64,000 nucleotides of DNA from assembly GCA_950097015.1 (NCBI GenBank), contig CATNEN010000001.1:2170001-2234000 (forward strand). The letters run 5' to 3'. A program made the position numbers and the translations under genes. Shown in pieces: positions 1 to 12,600 of this stretch. Each line of letters opens with the position of its first letter. Position 1 is the first letter of the stretch. This DNA is from Macrostomum hystrix. Taxonomy: Eukaryota > Animalia > Platyhelminthes. The notes under the pieces are model-generated. The model worked only from the letters and a program-made list of their open reading frames with translations. It did not search any database and had not been told where the DNA came from.

Positions 1-815
1 TGACGAACGTCACTTATTGATGAAAATTCATTAAACTGTACAGTAGCAGTCTGGCAAATATTAATCGTAATTAAAATTTCCTTCTTTTTCAATTTAAGTT
101 TAATTACACAAAAGAATGCTAGCATGAAATCACAAAGCTACAAGCTCTGATCGCTACTGCACCCGAGAAACCAAATATCCAATTTGAAGATGGAAGTTCG
201 TTAGGGAAAAAACCTGTTCTCGTAGGCAAATATTAAATAAAATAAAAACTGCACAATATTTTGTCGAGTAGTGCACCGGTGAAAGTCTTCAACCAAACAG
301 CGGAGAGAAAACAGTCCTTGGCTGAATAATTCAGCAGCCATCATGAAGCTTCTCTGGACCCTTCCCTGTACCAATCGCTGCCGCCTCTCCACAGGTCGAT
401 AATTCATTCGACTCAGCAGGCAACAGCACCTCCCCCTCCTGGGAGCCGGGAGGAAGCACGCCCTGGCTAACCATCTCGCTGCTTGGGGTGAGGAAAAAAA
501 TTAATGGGGAAGCGACGAGGAGAAAGCGAGAGGCTAGGATAAGAGAGGCCGGAGGGTGAGGATTTTAGCGCTCGATCAGTTCGCTGCCCGCAGGAAATGG
601 GATTTGCTAAGCCGTCTGGAAAAAGCGCAAGAATAAAAACGAGAGAATCGAGGAAAGACGAACTTAACGGCTGAGAGACGCAATCGATGAGGCATGAGAG
701 GCTAGGAGAGAGAAGAAAAGAACAGGTGCCATGATGAGCAAGCGATAGGGGATGCACAAAATTAAGGGACTCGACTGCGGCCTGCCAGGGGCTTGTTCAA
801 ACTAATAGCTCGATT

Positions 816-1349
816 GTCAGATAATAATTCATAGGGAGTGAGGTAGCTGTTCAATGGTGAGATAATAATGGACAGGGAGTGAGGTGGCTAGTCTATGGTC
901 ATGTAAGACCGTGGGTTAGGTTGTAGAACATAACAAAACACGCGAGGAGCCCTCACTGGCTCACGCCAATATATTTAACGGCCAAGTTGGGGTGGGTGCA
1001 ACCACCCTAAGCGAACGCACGCCGCAGCGCTAAACCCCCCACACCAAACAAGCCGCGCGTGCACATCTAATTAAGTGCACGCGCACCAACAAGCCAGACA
1101 CCAGTCAGATAAGAATGGACAGGGAGTGAGGTGGCTAGTCTATGGTCAGATAAGAATGGACAGGGAGTGAGGTGGCTAGTCTATGGTCAGATAAGAATGG
1201 ACAGGGAGTGAGGTGGCTAGTCTATGGTCAGATAAGAATGGACAGGGAGTGAGGTGGCTAGTCTATGGTCAGATAAGAATGGACAGGGAGTGAGGTGGCT
1301 AGTCTATGATCAGATAAGAATGGACAGGGAGTGAGTTGGCTGTTCAATC
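816..1349. repeat. 41-bp minisatellite (GTCAGATAAGAATGGACAGGGAGTGAGGTGGCTAGTCTATG), about 2 copies before and about 6 after an insertion
   Basis: Unit repeats directly at 1104-1349, with two more diverged copies at 816-901. Confidence 0.9.
902..1103. mobile_element. 202-bp TG...CA insertion with a 4-bp TSD; probable solo LTR
   Basis: Starts TGTAAG at 902 and ends ACACCA at 1103. GTCA is duplicated at 898-901 and 1104-1107. Removing the insertion and one GTCA restores a minisatellite unit. Confidence 0.6.
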
Positions 1350-2252
1350 GATGTATAACAAGGGACGAAGCTACGGAGTGTCACCTTTTTTCCTGCGTTA
1401 GTACATGCGCGATGTACAATGCGCTTTTAGTTGCTGGTTTACCTATGAATTCGACAATAAAAATCCAGATATACAAAAATCTTAGCCGCAATAGTCAAGA
1501 GCCTGCAGTGCTTAAATGTCAAGCAAAGAGATTCTACAGTTAAAGCAAGAGAAAAGACCTGACTGATTTTGAGTGGCTTCACTGCTGCAGACAGTTATGC
1601 ATATTTTCCTTGAATAATAAGCTAAGTATATCTATCCATGGGAAATAAAATCAAGCACTTTCGCAAAGAAGTAGTTAGCTAAGAAAACAATAATTTTCTA
1701 AAAATCGTTTAAACCTCTAAAAGTCAGCAAAAGGCTAATGAGAAAGTAAACTAACTGAAGAGTTTAGAAAGCAAAATGGCAATCACTTTTCCTAGCTAAT
1801 TCATACTCAAATACCTCTAACTCAGCGGTACAGGACACTGTATATACGGTCATGACAGTTCGATTGTCATAAAACATGAGAGTACATATCTCCCATGAAT
1901 TTACCTAGTTGCTCGATAGTCTAGCTGCACCGTTAGTCGATAGAAAATCGAGGGCGATCGTTACCTATTGTGCAACAGAACGTTCAGTAGAGTGAAATGC
2001 ACAGAAAAAATTTGCAGCAAGCAGACACGATAGTAAAAAGAGGGACATTGCGAAATCGGCTGGATCAAGCGGCTTCACATCGCGGACATGGACTCTTCAT
2101 GATAACATTAAGAATATTACCCCACCGTTTATTCGGATTTAGAATATTTACTCAGTGGCCTATAAGTGCATCTTCATGATTATGCCTGCGATGTGAGCCG
2201 AACGGTGGGGTCATGTGATAAAGTTAATTTTGGAGTACTATATGCTTGCAAC

Positions 2253-3784
2253 TCAGGAGTCCACTGGTGCTGCTGTTGATCTAGTCCTGCATCTCGCGTA
2301 AGCCAACTGAGAGTTCAAGTCCCAGCTCATTGCTTTGTCGAGTGCTCTGGCGCACATCTTCAATGTCTTCTCGTTTGGCGCGCAGACAACCACCTGGAAT
2401 GCGTTGTGGCCTAGTCGGCGGGTGCGTTCCTGCACCGTGATCAAACAGCCGTGCCTTTGCCCGATGCTGTTGATTCGGCGATCCTCCGGATCGCACAAAG
2501 CCGCTCTCAGCTGACAATTGTCCCGAATAACAAAAGTCTGGGTGACAAGCACTACGTTTGGTACAGCTGCGAGGTTCTGTTGAACTGCCGCTGCTGTCAC
2601 CGCCGCCGCCGTTGCTGCCGTTGCTGACGTTTTGCCCACCGCAATACATGGATACCGCGGTGGTCGCGATGAACGTGGGCTATCCCTCTGAACCGCTTGT
2701 CGATGATCCTTTAGTTTTTTGAAAGCGCGGAGTTTGCTTTTTGTGACAAAAAATGAACTCTTTCATAAACTATATCGCTATTGTATTTATGAAAGTATAT
2801 AGCATACAGTTATAATCAGCTTCCGTACCTTGGAAACCCGTAGGAACGGGTTTACAAAGTAGCGAGATGTAACTCGATTTTGCTGCTGCTTGTGCTGGTT
2901 CTGCTGAATGCGCGGTGGAAGAGGCGGGGACTGAGGCGAGCGAATCGCATTGCTGCAGTTCCGTCCATTTTTCAAGGCCACAGATGTCCGCAGTCTCGGC
3001 ATTGGGTCCGATGTCTTGGACTGTTCAGAAGGCGGCATGATGCTGTTTGATACCAATCGCTTCTGCTGACCGTTGGATCGAAAGTAAGCATCGCCGTCCG
3101 CTTGCAGAAGACCGGCGTCCAGCATGCGGTTCAGCAGCTTGGATTCCAGCTTCTCCAACAGTCGGGGCAGCAGCTTCTCAGCGAGGTAAGCGTGGCCCAA
3201 GCGACGCAGGATGAGTAGTACTTCGTGGCGCGAGTAAGATCTGCAGTGGCTAAGGCTCTCTACACACACTCGCATCAGAGTGGTGATACTGTCAGCGCTC
3301 AGGTTGTTTTGGAAGACGGCAAACAGTTCCGCCTCGCAGCAACCGCGAGACAGCTCGACGGTTCCTCTGGATCCGGGGGAGGACGCAGAGCGGGCTGCTC
3401 GAAGGCGATTCATGGCCGTCATCAAGTTGCTTGAGGCTCCCAAGGCCGGCGTTTCGCTGCCGAAGATGCTGCCAGGAAATAGGCTGGAGCGCAAGATGGA
3501 ACAGTCGGACAGAGTGCTGCAGACGCTGTCGCACAGGTCATTGATTCCGCGGCGCAAATATTGCTTTTGTTGTTGCTGCTGCAAGCCTTGCTGCTGCTGC
3601 TGCTGTTGAGTCTGCTGCTGCTGATGCTGCTGCTCGTGGTGTTGTATATCGATGCTTTTTGTCTCTTTTTGCGCCGGCCGCTGCTGCTGCTGCTGCTGCC
3701 CTGCATTGCTTAATTCCTTGCAAAGTCGCAACTTTGCAGCTTGAAGTAGGCTTGGGTTGTGCACAATTCCACTTCCACTGATCA

Positions 3785-3827
<43 letters not shown>

Positions 3828-3929
3828 CGGTTGAGGACGCAGCGGCTGCTGTTGCTGGATATGTCCTTGTTTGGCGTTGTTTCTAGTTTGCAGTCGGTGA
3901 CTACCGCCAAGGCCACCCTGCTGGCTCAT
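2253..3929 (-). CDS. PolyQ-rich protein with a death-fold-like helical segment and a C-terminal KH-like domain (2 coding exons)
   Basis: Exon 3929-2829 (MSQQGG...RVSK|GTACGG) splices in frame to exon 2708-2253; an alternative in-frame acceptor lies at 2687. The C-terminal DPEDRRINSIGQRHGCLITV...VVVCAPNEKTLKMCARAL has KH type I spacing but no GxxG loop. Confidence 0.6.
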
Positions 3930-6576
3930 AATCAACTGAACGGTCCAAAGTCTCTACAAAAACAATAAATTTCTAATACTGGTTTATCTTCTTGCAAGCA
4001 GTTAGGATTTTATTGTAAATCCATGCCTATTGAGTCTTATTAATAATCCGATTGCTTCAACCTGGTTTTCCGAAAAAAGCTCCGTAAAATTCTCTCCGTA
4101 TACGCAACGGGGTAAAAAATGCGGTCCTTTAGGCGGCCATCGCTTGTTGTTTCGTTGACTGTCTATGGCAAAAATGCTGAAACTCTCTTTTGTGGGTTGA
4201 GGAAATAAAATAATGGACGTGCTAATCTGGTTCAGTTATTTATATATTTTGCTCGGTTTCGCATTTTAGCATCCGGTTCCCCCCTTTCCATTCTATTGGC
4301 TATTGAATGCCATAGACGAAAATTCCACGAATAGTTTAATTTGAAGTCATATGGTTCGTTCCAGGCACTGGAAAGTACGGATGTAGGAATGTTATACTAT
4401 ATGCTACGAGCTATGTATTTAACACAAGGATCTTCGGTTCCTATAGCACTTTAGCTTCCGCATGCGCAGAGCTTTTCTATACTTTCGTGTGAGCGGTGCA
4501 GCAATTTCTTCTGTTGCAGCAAACGCAGCTGCCTTCGAAGTTTCTGCTTCATTCGCATTAGTGGCGACAAAAGAAGGTCAGGCTCTGATGAAGCATGCAG
4601 GACGACCCATCTGTTCGTCTACGCCCTGCTCAGATTGGGGTAAAGAGTTGGCCGGGCCTGAGACTTTTTCTAATTTTGCCTGGCGACTAACTGCCTTGTT
4701 GCATGCCGATGCGTTCTTGTAAGGAAATTTTTTTCTCACATAAAACGGAGTTTGGCTAGCTGAGGCAAGAAATTTGGTGCTGTTTTGAGATTCCGCGCAG
4801 CCACACAGATAGGCGATTTGCATCAGTCAGTGTGAAAGCAAAGAAACTTATTTCACCATTGTCCCTGACTCCAGATTTAGACAGTGGGCCCATAATGCGG
4901 CACAATATCGCTTCACACCATTCGGCATGGACAGCGAACGAATGAAAAAAAAGTCAAAACCCAAATCTGATCGAGAACTAAACTAGGAAGTTAAACTACT
5001 TGGTTCCTAACAAAACTTCAAACTGATCAAAATTGATGTAACCCTTAAATACCTAGGTGGGTACTCAGTGACTGCAATCGAAGCCATAGATATCAATAAT
5101 GCTGTAAATAAATTCTGCGACATTAAAAACTTTTCAGTAGTGTAGTGCGAGCGCACACGAAAGACAATTAATGTTTATTTTTAGTCAGAATTTAGCAATA
5201 CCCATTTTTATTACTGATGCAGAGACTGATATGGTAAACTGGTCTACAGAAACAGTTATATATGTAGTATTTAGGGAATGGCAAAGGATAAAGTGGTACA
5301 CAGCTATATTCACAGTTATATAGTGTATCGTAAAATGAAGATGATTTCAAAATGAGTCACTGGTACTTCTGCAGCTCTGTCTTCGCTGCTGCTTAATCCT
5401 TTGCTGCACTAAATACTCGCATTTTCAGTCTGCACCAGTGGTTTAGGCAAGTTAAGGAAAGGATTCTGAAGAACTGTTTAGTGGTGCTTGAATTTCGGAT
5501 TTTGTCTAAATAGCATTATCGTAACAAAATTGTTGAATAACGTAGTTATACAATTAAGTACAAGTATGTGTTTTATATATTTATATTTATTTTGTTGAAG
5601 GTGCAATAAAAAAATATCTAGGCCTTTATAGTTAACTTTATCTAGTTTTGTTATAATGTAGTAAATCTAGCTGTTACTGTCAACAAAATTTTTGACATCG
5701 TTAACGTTGTGACTTTCTGGTAACTTTTTCATATGCAAGCTTTGCTGTACAACGTATGTGCAATGATTCGTCGACATAAATGCTGCTGAAAGACTGCATT
5801 AGCTGTTAAGGCACGAAAAAATTATTGCTACCTTTTTCTTACGAAACTAAATAACATAAAAAACTATCAAAACGTCACCTTTCACATTTCCCTTCGACAA
5901 TCGACACATTATTAAGTCACGATTTAATAATATTGTTTTCTCATAGCTGTGATCTTTTTTAAGCGCTGTAAAGCTCGCGTAGTTACTTATAAAATAATTT
6001 TTAGTCTATATAAAGAATAGAAAATATGTATATTCGTATATTTGTATTTTCACAGCTAGAATTTTTTAATCTAAACTCAAGTCGACTAAGTAGCACTGAA
6101 TATTATAAATTGATTATTTTAATGTAGTTTATTACGTTTTTAGATTTCCGATACCCTTTCTTTTTTTAGGATCTAAATATAAACATTTTCGATAAGTGTG
6201 GAGTTAATTATGACCTTCACTTATCACTAAACTTTTCTATAATTTTAGTGTAGAATTGATATTTTATTTAGTCATTCCAACAACACGCATTTCTCAGAAA
6301 GACTGGAACAGTTTTCATTACAGGTCTTTATTATAAAATAAATATTTTTCTCTATATTTAGTTTATTTTGAAAATTCCTACTATTCTGAAAAACTTTTAT
6401 TTAAACTATGTGAAAAATATTGAGTAGAAAAGTAGACTACATGTGTTTTTATTACATAAATCTTACAAATATAAATTTAAGAATTTAATTGCGTTTTTTA
6501 ATCTAAAGCTCGGTTGCAACAAAAAAGACAGCTGAGGCTGCTTTAAAGCAAGGCCGGCAATCAAAGCTGCGACTTT

Positions 6577-6588
6577 ATGACAGCGGAG

Positions 6589-6622
<34 letters not shown>

Positions 6623-9600
6623 TGCAACTGGAGTTGCACGCCTCGTCTTCGCTGACGCCGCGCGCCGACGCTGCCGCCACCGAGGAGGTGCGCAGATTTC
6701 AGCGTCGGCTCGTGTCGCCGCTCTGGCGAACGGCCGCCCCAGACGCCGACGCGGTCTATTTTCGTCGCCAGGCAGCTGTTAGCCGTGGCCTGCCAAACCG
6801 GCTGCAGCACCGGCAGCAGCAGCAGCAGTCAAATACGTCCTCGGCAAGACGTCAGCAGCGGGCCATCATGGGAGCGCCTGCAGCCGCCACGCGCTCGTTC
6901 ACGGAGTTTATCTCGGATGTGATTGTGCCCGTAAGTTTAGTTTTTACGCTTTCGTAAGGCATTGACCTTCGAAAGATTGAGTTTCTTCTAATTAACTACT
7001 TTGCTACTTGCAGATTCCTGTGCAGATTCCGCAGGACGAGTATAATTATCAGCGTTCAGTAACCTCGCAGTCGTTTCAGTGAGTGAGAAACGGGAGAGAT
7101 GAGACAGGAGAGAGATGAGACAGGGAAAAGATGAGTCAGGGGGCAGATGAGATGGGAGAGATGAGACACGGGCCAGAGAATGGCATTGACAACTTGGCAG
7201 GCTGTACAAGTGTCTGTCTGGTGGGCCGTATAATTTTCCGCCATTTTTTGTTTGTTCTAGACCCAGCACTACTTTAAACAAAATATAAAATCAAGCGACA
7301 AACCGTATTTAAAATCGCATTCAGCTCGACCAACAAACTGACGCACGTGCTGCTGCCGACACTGCCACAGCCCGACTCGGACCTGCTGCTCTACTCTGGC
7401 GGTCGGCCAGCAACCAGTTCGTTTCGCAAGACCGTATCTATCTGCGGTGAGAGATACACAGTGAGTTTTCTGCCTCTTACTGGGAACATTTCACAACGGA
7501 TGGGTGAGGCGTGATGTGATGAGTTCATTGGCTTACCATTTAAAATTGAAATTAGAAAATTTAAGCTAATCATGAATGAGCAACTATAATTAGATGGCAT
7601 GATTCGACTGCCTTACATTTTTTGTATATTTTCATCATTCCATACTTCTGGTAGACTATTTGAGCACATAACACGCAACACATGTTGAGTTGGCTAAAAT
7701 TTCAATAGGCCTAATTTAATATGGTTCCAATGGAGTGCGGACTCGAACCCCTGACCTTCAAGTCGTGAGTCCGACGACCTTACCAATAGGCTGCAACGCC
7801 ATTCTACGCGCGTAGTTTGACTTGAAACACTCATGGTTTCTATTTCTTTCTGTTTTTATATTCTATTTTAAGAGTAACAAAGTGCAGCTCTTAACGAACA
7901 GATTCTCTCGTCTCCGCCAGGTGACGCCGATTCACGGGCCTTCGCCGAAGCCGATGCCGGCGGGCCCGGGTAGAGCCAGACCTCGCACAGTCCAGCAGGC
8001 GCGATTCGACGAGGGCGCAGTGGCGCTGGGTCGATGCCGATTGTTGAAACGCTCGTCGGAGGTTGGTCGCGTATAAATTTTAAAGCTTATCGGCTAGTAT
8101 CTGGGGTAGAACTCTAGACAAGATAAATGCACTTTTAATTCCAATTTGCCATAGAGAGGTCATTGGCAGAGCAGCTAATGAGTTTGACTTCTGCACAGTG
8201 GTTCATGAGCTCGAATCTTCATCGAGGCCGCATTCATCTGGACGTCTACGTTTACAGCTTCAAAATCGCGTATAAAAGGCGTGGGGGCTTGTCGCCTATG
8301 AGGGCCAACCTACAAGGCACAATGAGGGTGTACACTGCCTGCCTGACAATGAGAAAGTCAGGGCAGATGTACACACCTGTGTGAGTGTGTGCCTGCGTAC
8401 AGTATCTGTGTGCGTGTGTGCTCAGGAGTCAGTGAAATGGGCAGAACTGCCTCCTCGCTGGCTGCGGGTCTAGTGTCACCAAAGGATGCGCCATTGCTGT
8501 CAGCCCACCCTAATTACTATTATTTATTTGTTTGCCATCAAGAACTTTGAGTATGCTTTGAGTATTTGAATGTAAAGGAACAATGCAGCACATTGAACAT
8601 AATTATCATATCGTTTTTATCATATTCGCACTCATTTCCTCAATTCCTCAGAGGTTAGGCCTCAGATGAACTCTCGAAGGCCTAACCTACGCGTTACTGC
8701 TCCAATTAATTGGCATTAATTATTTACCTGTAAATTAACATCAACTGCTCAAAATCATGTCATCAGATACTGCCTCACCGAGTGGACCGAATGTACTTTA
8801 TGAGCGGCGCGAGTCTTAGCCCAAATGGCAAATACGGTGATTCAGCAGATGGAAGTGAAAGCGAACGCTACCGTCAGATCACGGAAGCTGTCAGAAGGGG
8901 CGAAGTCCGACTGGAGCCACTCAAGTGAGTATTTTATCCCAAAGGGATTCTATCCCAAGGGATTCTATCCCAAGGGATTCTATCCCAAGGGATTCTATCC
9001 CAAGGGATTCTATCCCAAGGGATTCTATCCCAAGGGATTCTATCCCAAGGGATTCTATCCCAAGGGATTCTATCCCAAGGGATTCTATCCCAAGGGATTC
9101 TATCCCAAGGGATTCTATCCCAAGGGATTCTATCCCAAGGGATTCTATCCCAAGGGATTCTATCCCAAGGGATTCTATCCCAAGGGATTCTATCCCAAGG
9201 GATTCTATCCCAAGGGATTCTATCCCAAGGGATTCTATCCCAAGGGATTCTATCCCAAGGGATTCTATCCCAAGGGATTCTATCCCAAGGGATTCTATCC
9301 CAAGGGATTCTATCCCAAGGGATTCTATCCCAAGGGATTCTATCCCAAGGGATTCTATCCCAAGGGATTCTATCCCAAGGGATTCTATCCCAAGGGATTC
9401 TATCCCAAGGGATTCTATCCCAAGGGATTCTATCCCAAGGGATTCTATCCCAAGGGATTCTATCCCAAGGGATTCTATCCTCGTCTCAAATGGTCTCAAT
9501 TTTTTTTCCAGGAAAATAGTTTCTTCGCAGGCTGCGGTGAGATTTCAGACTCAACCATTTGACGTCTCCGGCCGGCAGGAGACTTTGGCGAGGCATCGTA

Positions 9601-12600
9601 CAGCCACGGCAGCAACGTCTACGATGGCTGCAGCTTCGGGCAGCCCGCTGTCGCATTCGCATTCAGTGAAGGTAATTATTCAATTGGAACCTATTCAGTT
9701 CGATATGATTTTGTGTCGTTCATAGCGTCTGTCATTACTTTTAGTTCCATAAAATAACTATCGAGTTGTTAAATGTATCATAACACTGTCTTGGCAACGA
9801 CACGAGCGAATTAAAAAATACTTTTTTGAAATAATTTAAGTACCCGTACTAAAAACACATGAACTTACCAGTTGGCCTTTGATCGAATCGATTATTTTAA
9901 AAAACAAATAACAATGACTAAAGTCTTAACCAAGCAGCTTTCCATTTTCCTTATTCACTAAAAATGCAAAACGAGTATGCAATATTTTAAAGCATTTATT
10001 TACACTCAAAATTGTTTTTCAAAAAAGCAAATAAGCAGCATGTTATATTTATTTATTCTTCATTTTCTACTCACTCCCAAATTTCTCCGCTTTCAGCCAA
10101 CAAGGTAACGCGCAAACATCACCTGGCTTAATTTTTGAGAGTTCGTTTCTTTTTCTTGCATCACCAATTATTTTGGCATGTTTTTATACCTGCTTTTGTC
10201 ATTCTGTTGATGTATTTGAGGCTAAAATGTTTGATTCGAAGATTGATAAATTAAAATATGAATCTTTGGCTACATATTTGGCTACAATGAGCCGTTTTTT
10301 AATGATCACTAATAGCACAAGCAGACTATTTAGTGCTCAAAATTTCAGCTGACAGCCACAGTCAATAACACTATTTTTAATCATTTCGAAATGCACGATG
10401 AATCAATCGGTAAAGATTCCTTCAAAAGACTTGATCAAGAACAAATTGATAGAAATGGCACCTATTTGGCTAGATATACAGTCATTGGGGCAACCGCAGC
10501 TAATCTGTGTGTACAACCGTTCAGTCCGTGGACTAGAGAGGTCGCCAAGCAGCATGTACCAAGGACACGAATGGCTTCCCTTAGGCTGAGATCTCGACCT
10601 TTCAGCCAGAGTTTAATCTAAGCCATATCTCTGATCGTAATTCCTCTAAACACCTTAGTTTCATTTTCTTTAATTTCGATTTTTATTCCACGTAGATCAG
10701 CAAAAAGTTGTATATTGTCAGCAGATTTGCTTCAAATTAAACGAAAAAATTCTCGTTCCAGTGAGCTAAGAAAGTCTGTCACCATTGTTCTACCTGATGT
10801 GGCAGAGGATCAGGTAGTTGCGAGCAAGCCATAGCACTGCTGTTTTGGAACACGATTAGACTTCTTTTGCAATCTTCGTTTTGCTTTGAAACTGTCAGTT
10901 CTCGCTGATCTGGTGCTATATACTCGAATATTTTCGTTTCGTACCTGCTTCTGCATTCTTTGTACTGGAGTTTCTGCCAACAACAAATTGTGTAACTTTC
11001 TGCCTTCAATGCAAACTTGGTGAAGCGTCTAGAGCAAAATCTTAAGAGAAGATTTTCACGGAAAATGGACTAATGGGATATTGTGCTTCATGATAAATAA
11101 ATAAAAAACGAAGATATATTTAAAATACAGCATTGGACCTACTTCCAATAAAAAGTCATCAACATCTTAATGTGAAATACGTGAACAGTATCTCGCTAGT
11201 GAATTTTTGCATGAAAACCAGCCGTTAATAAATTTTCCAAGAAACGAAGTGTCCCATCCTTCTTCTTCTAGTGGTCCTTGGAACAAACATGTTCCCTGCC
11301 TCTGTTTAGTAAACTAATTTTGAAGCACAATCTGAGAGATGCAAAGTTCAGGAGGCTGACACAAATTTTCTACTGGCCACTCCGGTCCAATGGTCTCTCT
11401 GTGCATCCGCTCTCGCACCGAAAGCCTTTTGTTGCTTAGGCTTTGTTTGATTTCATTCATGTACTTTATCAAAGTCGCACTCGCCGTTGGAGCATTTCAG
11501 TTTTGTAGGATCAGCATGAACCATTTCTAGAAAGCACCAAACACAAAATTTTTTTATCCGTTTTCAGCAAAACCAGGACGATGCCACATTCTTCCTCACC
11601 CAAGGAACTGTCAGTGAGTCGAGAATAATTCCTTTGTTAAGAATTCGTTGAAGATTTAGTCTCAATTAATTATTCATTAATAATTTAAATTAAATACAGC
11701 TGTACCTGCCGAAGCAGCAACAGCAGCATCCGTCAATGCGGAGGAGCCAGAAAGTTCTTCAGTTGAGGCGCAAGAATACAAGATCGAGCACGAAGAAGAC
11801 ACGGGCGAAAGAACAGGTCTGGAAGACGCCCCTGCGGATGCGCCTGAAATGACTGTCGAGCCGACACAACTCTTCGACGAGCCTCAACCTGACAATCCTG
11901 ATGCTCATTCTGAAGTTTCAGAAGAAATAAAGAACATCGCTGAAGATGTAGACGTAGAGCAGTTTCCTCCTGAAGAAGCAACCGAAATACCGCCGTCAAC
12001 ACCGGAAGCTTCGATAGCTTCCTCGGAAGCCGGATTTAGCGCGGCAGTGGAGGAGACACCGAATGAAACGAAATTGCGAGACGAACTAGTTCAAGAGGCC
12101 GAAATTTCTACGGGGCTTGACATTGTCGATGCGCCGCGGCCTCTAACAGAAACGACAACTGAAGAAGTGACATTTGAACGTCAGACGCAGCGAGGCGACT
12201 CTACTTCTCCTGCAGTAGACAAGCAGAGTGCCGATCAGAGGGCCGATCAGAGTGCCGATCAAAATGCCGATCAGAGTGCTGGTCAGAGTGCGGATCAGAG
12301 TGCCGGTCAGAGTGCCGATCAGAGTGCCGGTCAGAGTGCCGATCAGAGTGCCGATCAAAGTGCCGGTAAGAGTGCCGATCAGAGTGCCGGTCAGAGTGCC
12401 GATCAGAGTGCCGGTCAGAGTGCCGATCAGAGTGCCGATCAGAGTGCCGGTCAGAGTGCCGATCAGAGTGCCGGTCAGAGTGCCGATCAGAGTGCCGGTC
12501 AGAGTGCCGATCAGAGTGTGGATCAGAGTGCCGGTCAGAGTTCCGGTCAGAGTGCCACAATGAGGGCTGCTTCCTCCAAGCAACAAGTGGTGCCGCAGCA

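Noticed and set aside
410-480. GC-rich segment ending GGCTAA, considered as an HDV-like ribozyme
   Set aside because: I could not assemble consistent P1, P2 and P3 pairings.
5020-5120. Possible RT remnant (LKYLGG)
   Set aside because: It is a single short motif with no supporting flanking similarity.
8825-9562. Long repetitive ORFs (PKGFY)n, (GIESL)n and (RDSIP)n
   Set aside because: These are translations of a stop-free intronic 15-bp array; the flanking exons splice around it in frame.
10097-10104. 8-nt microexon candidate (tttcag|CCAACAAG|gtaacg)
   Set aside because: Inclusion would shift the frame between 9671 and 11568, which already join in frame. It cannot be supported without transcripts.
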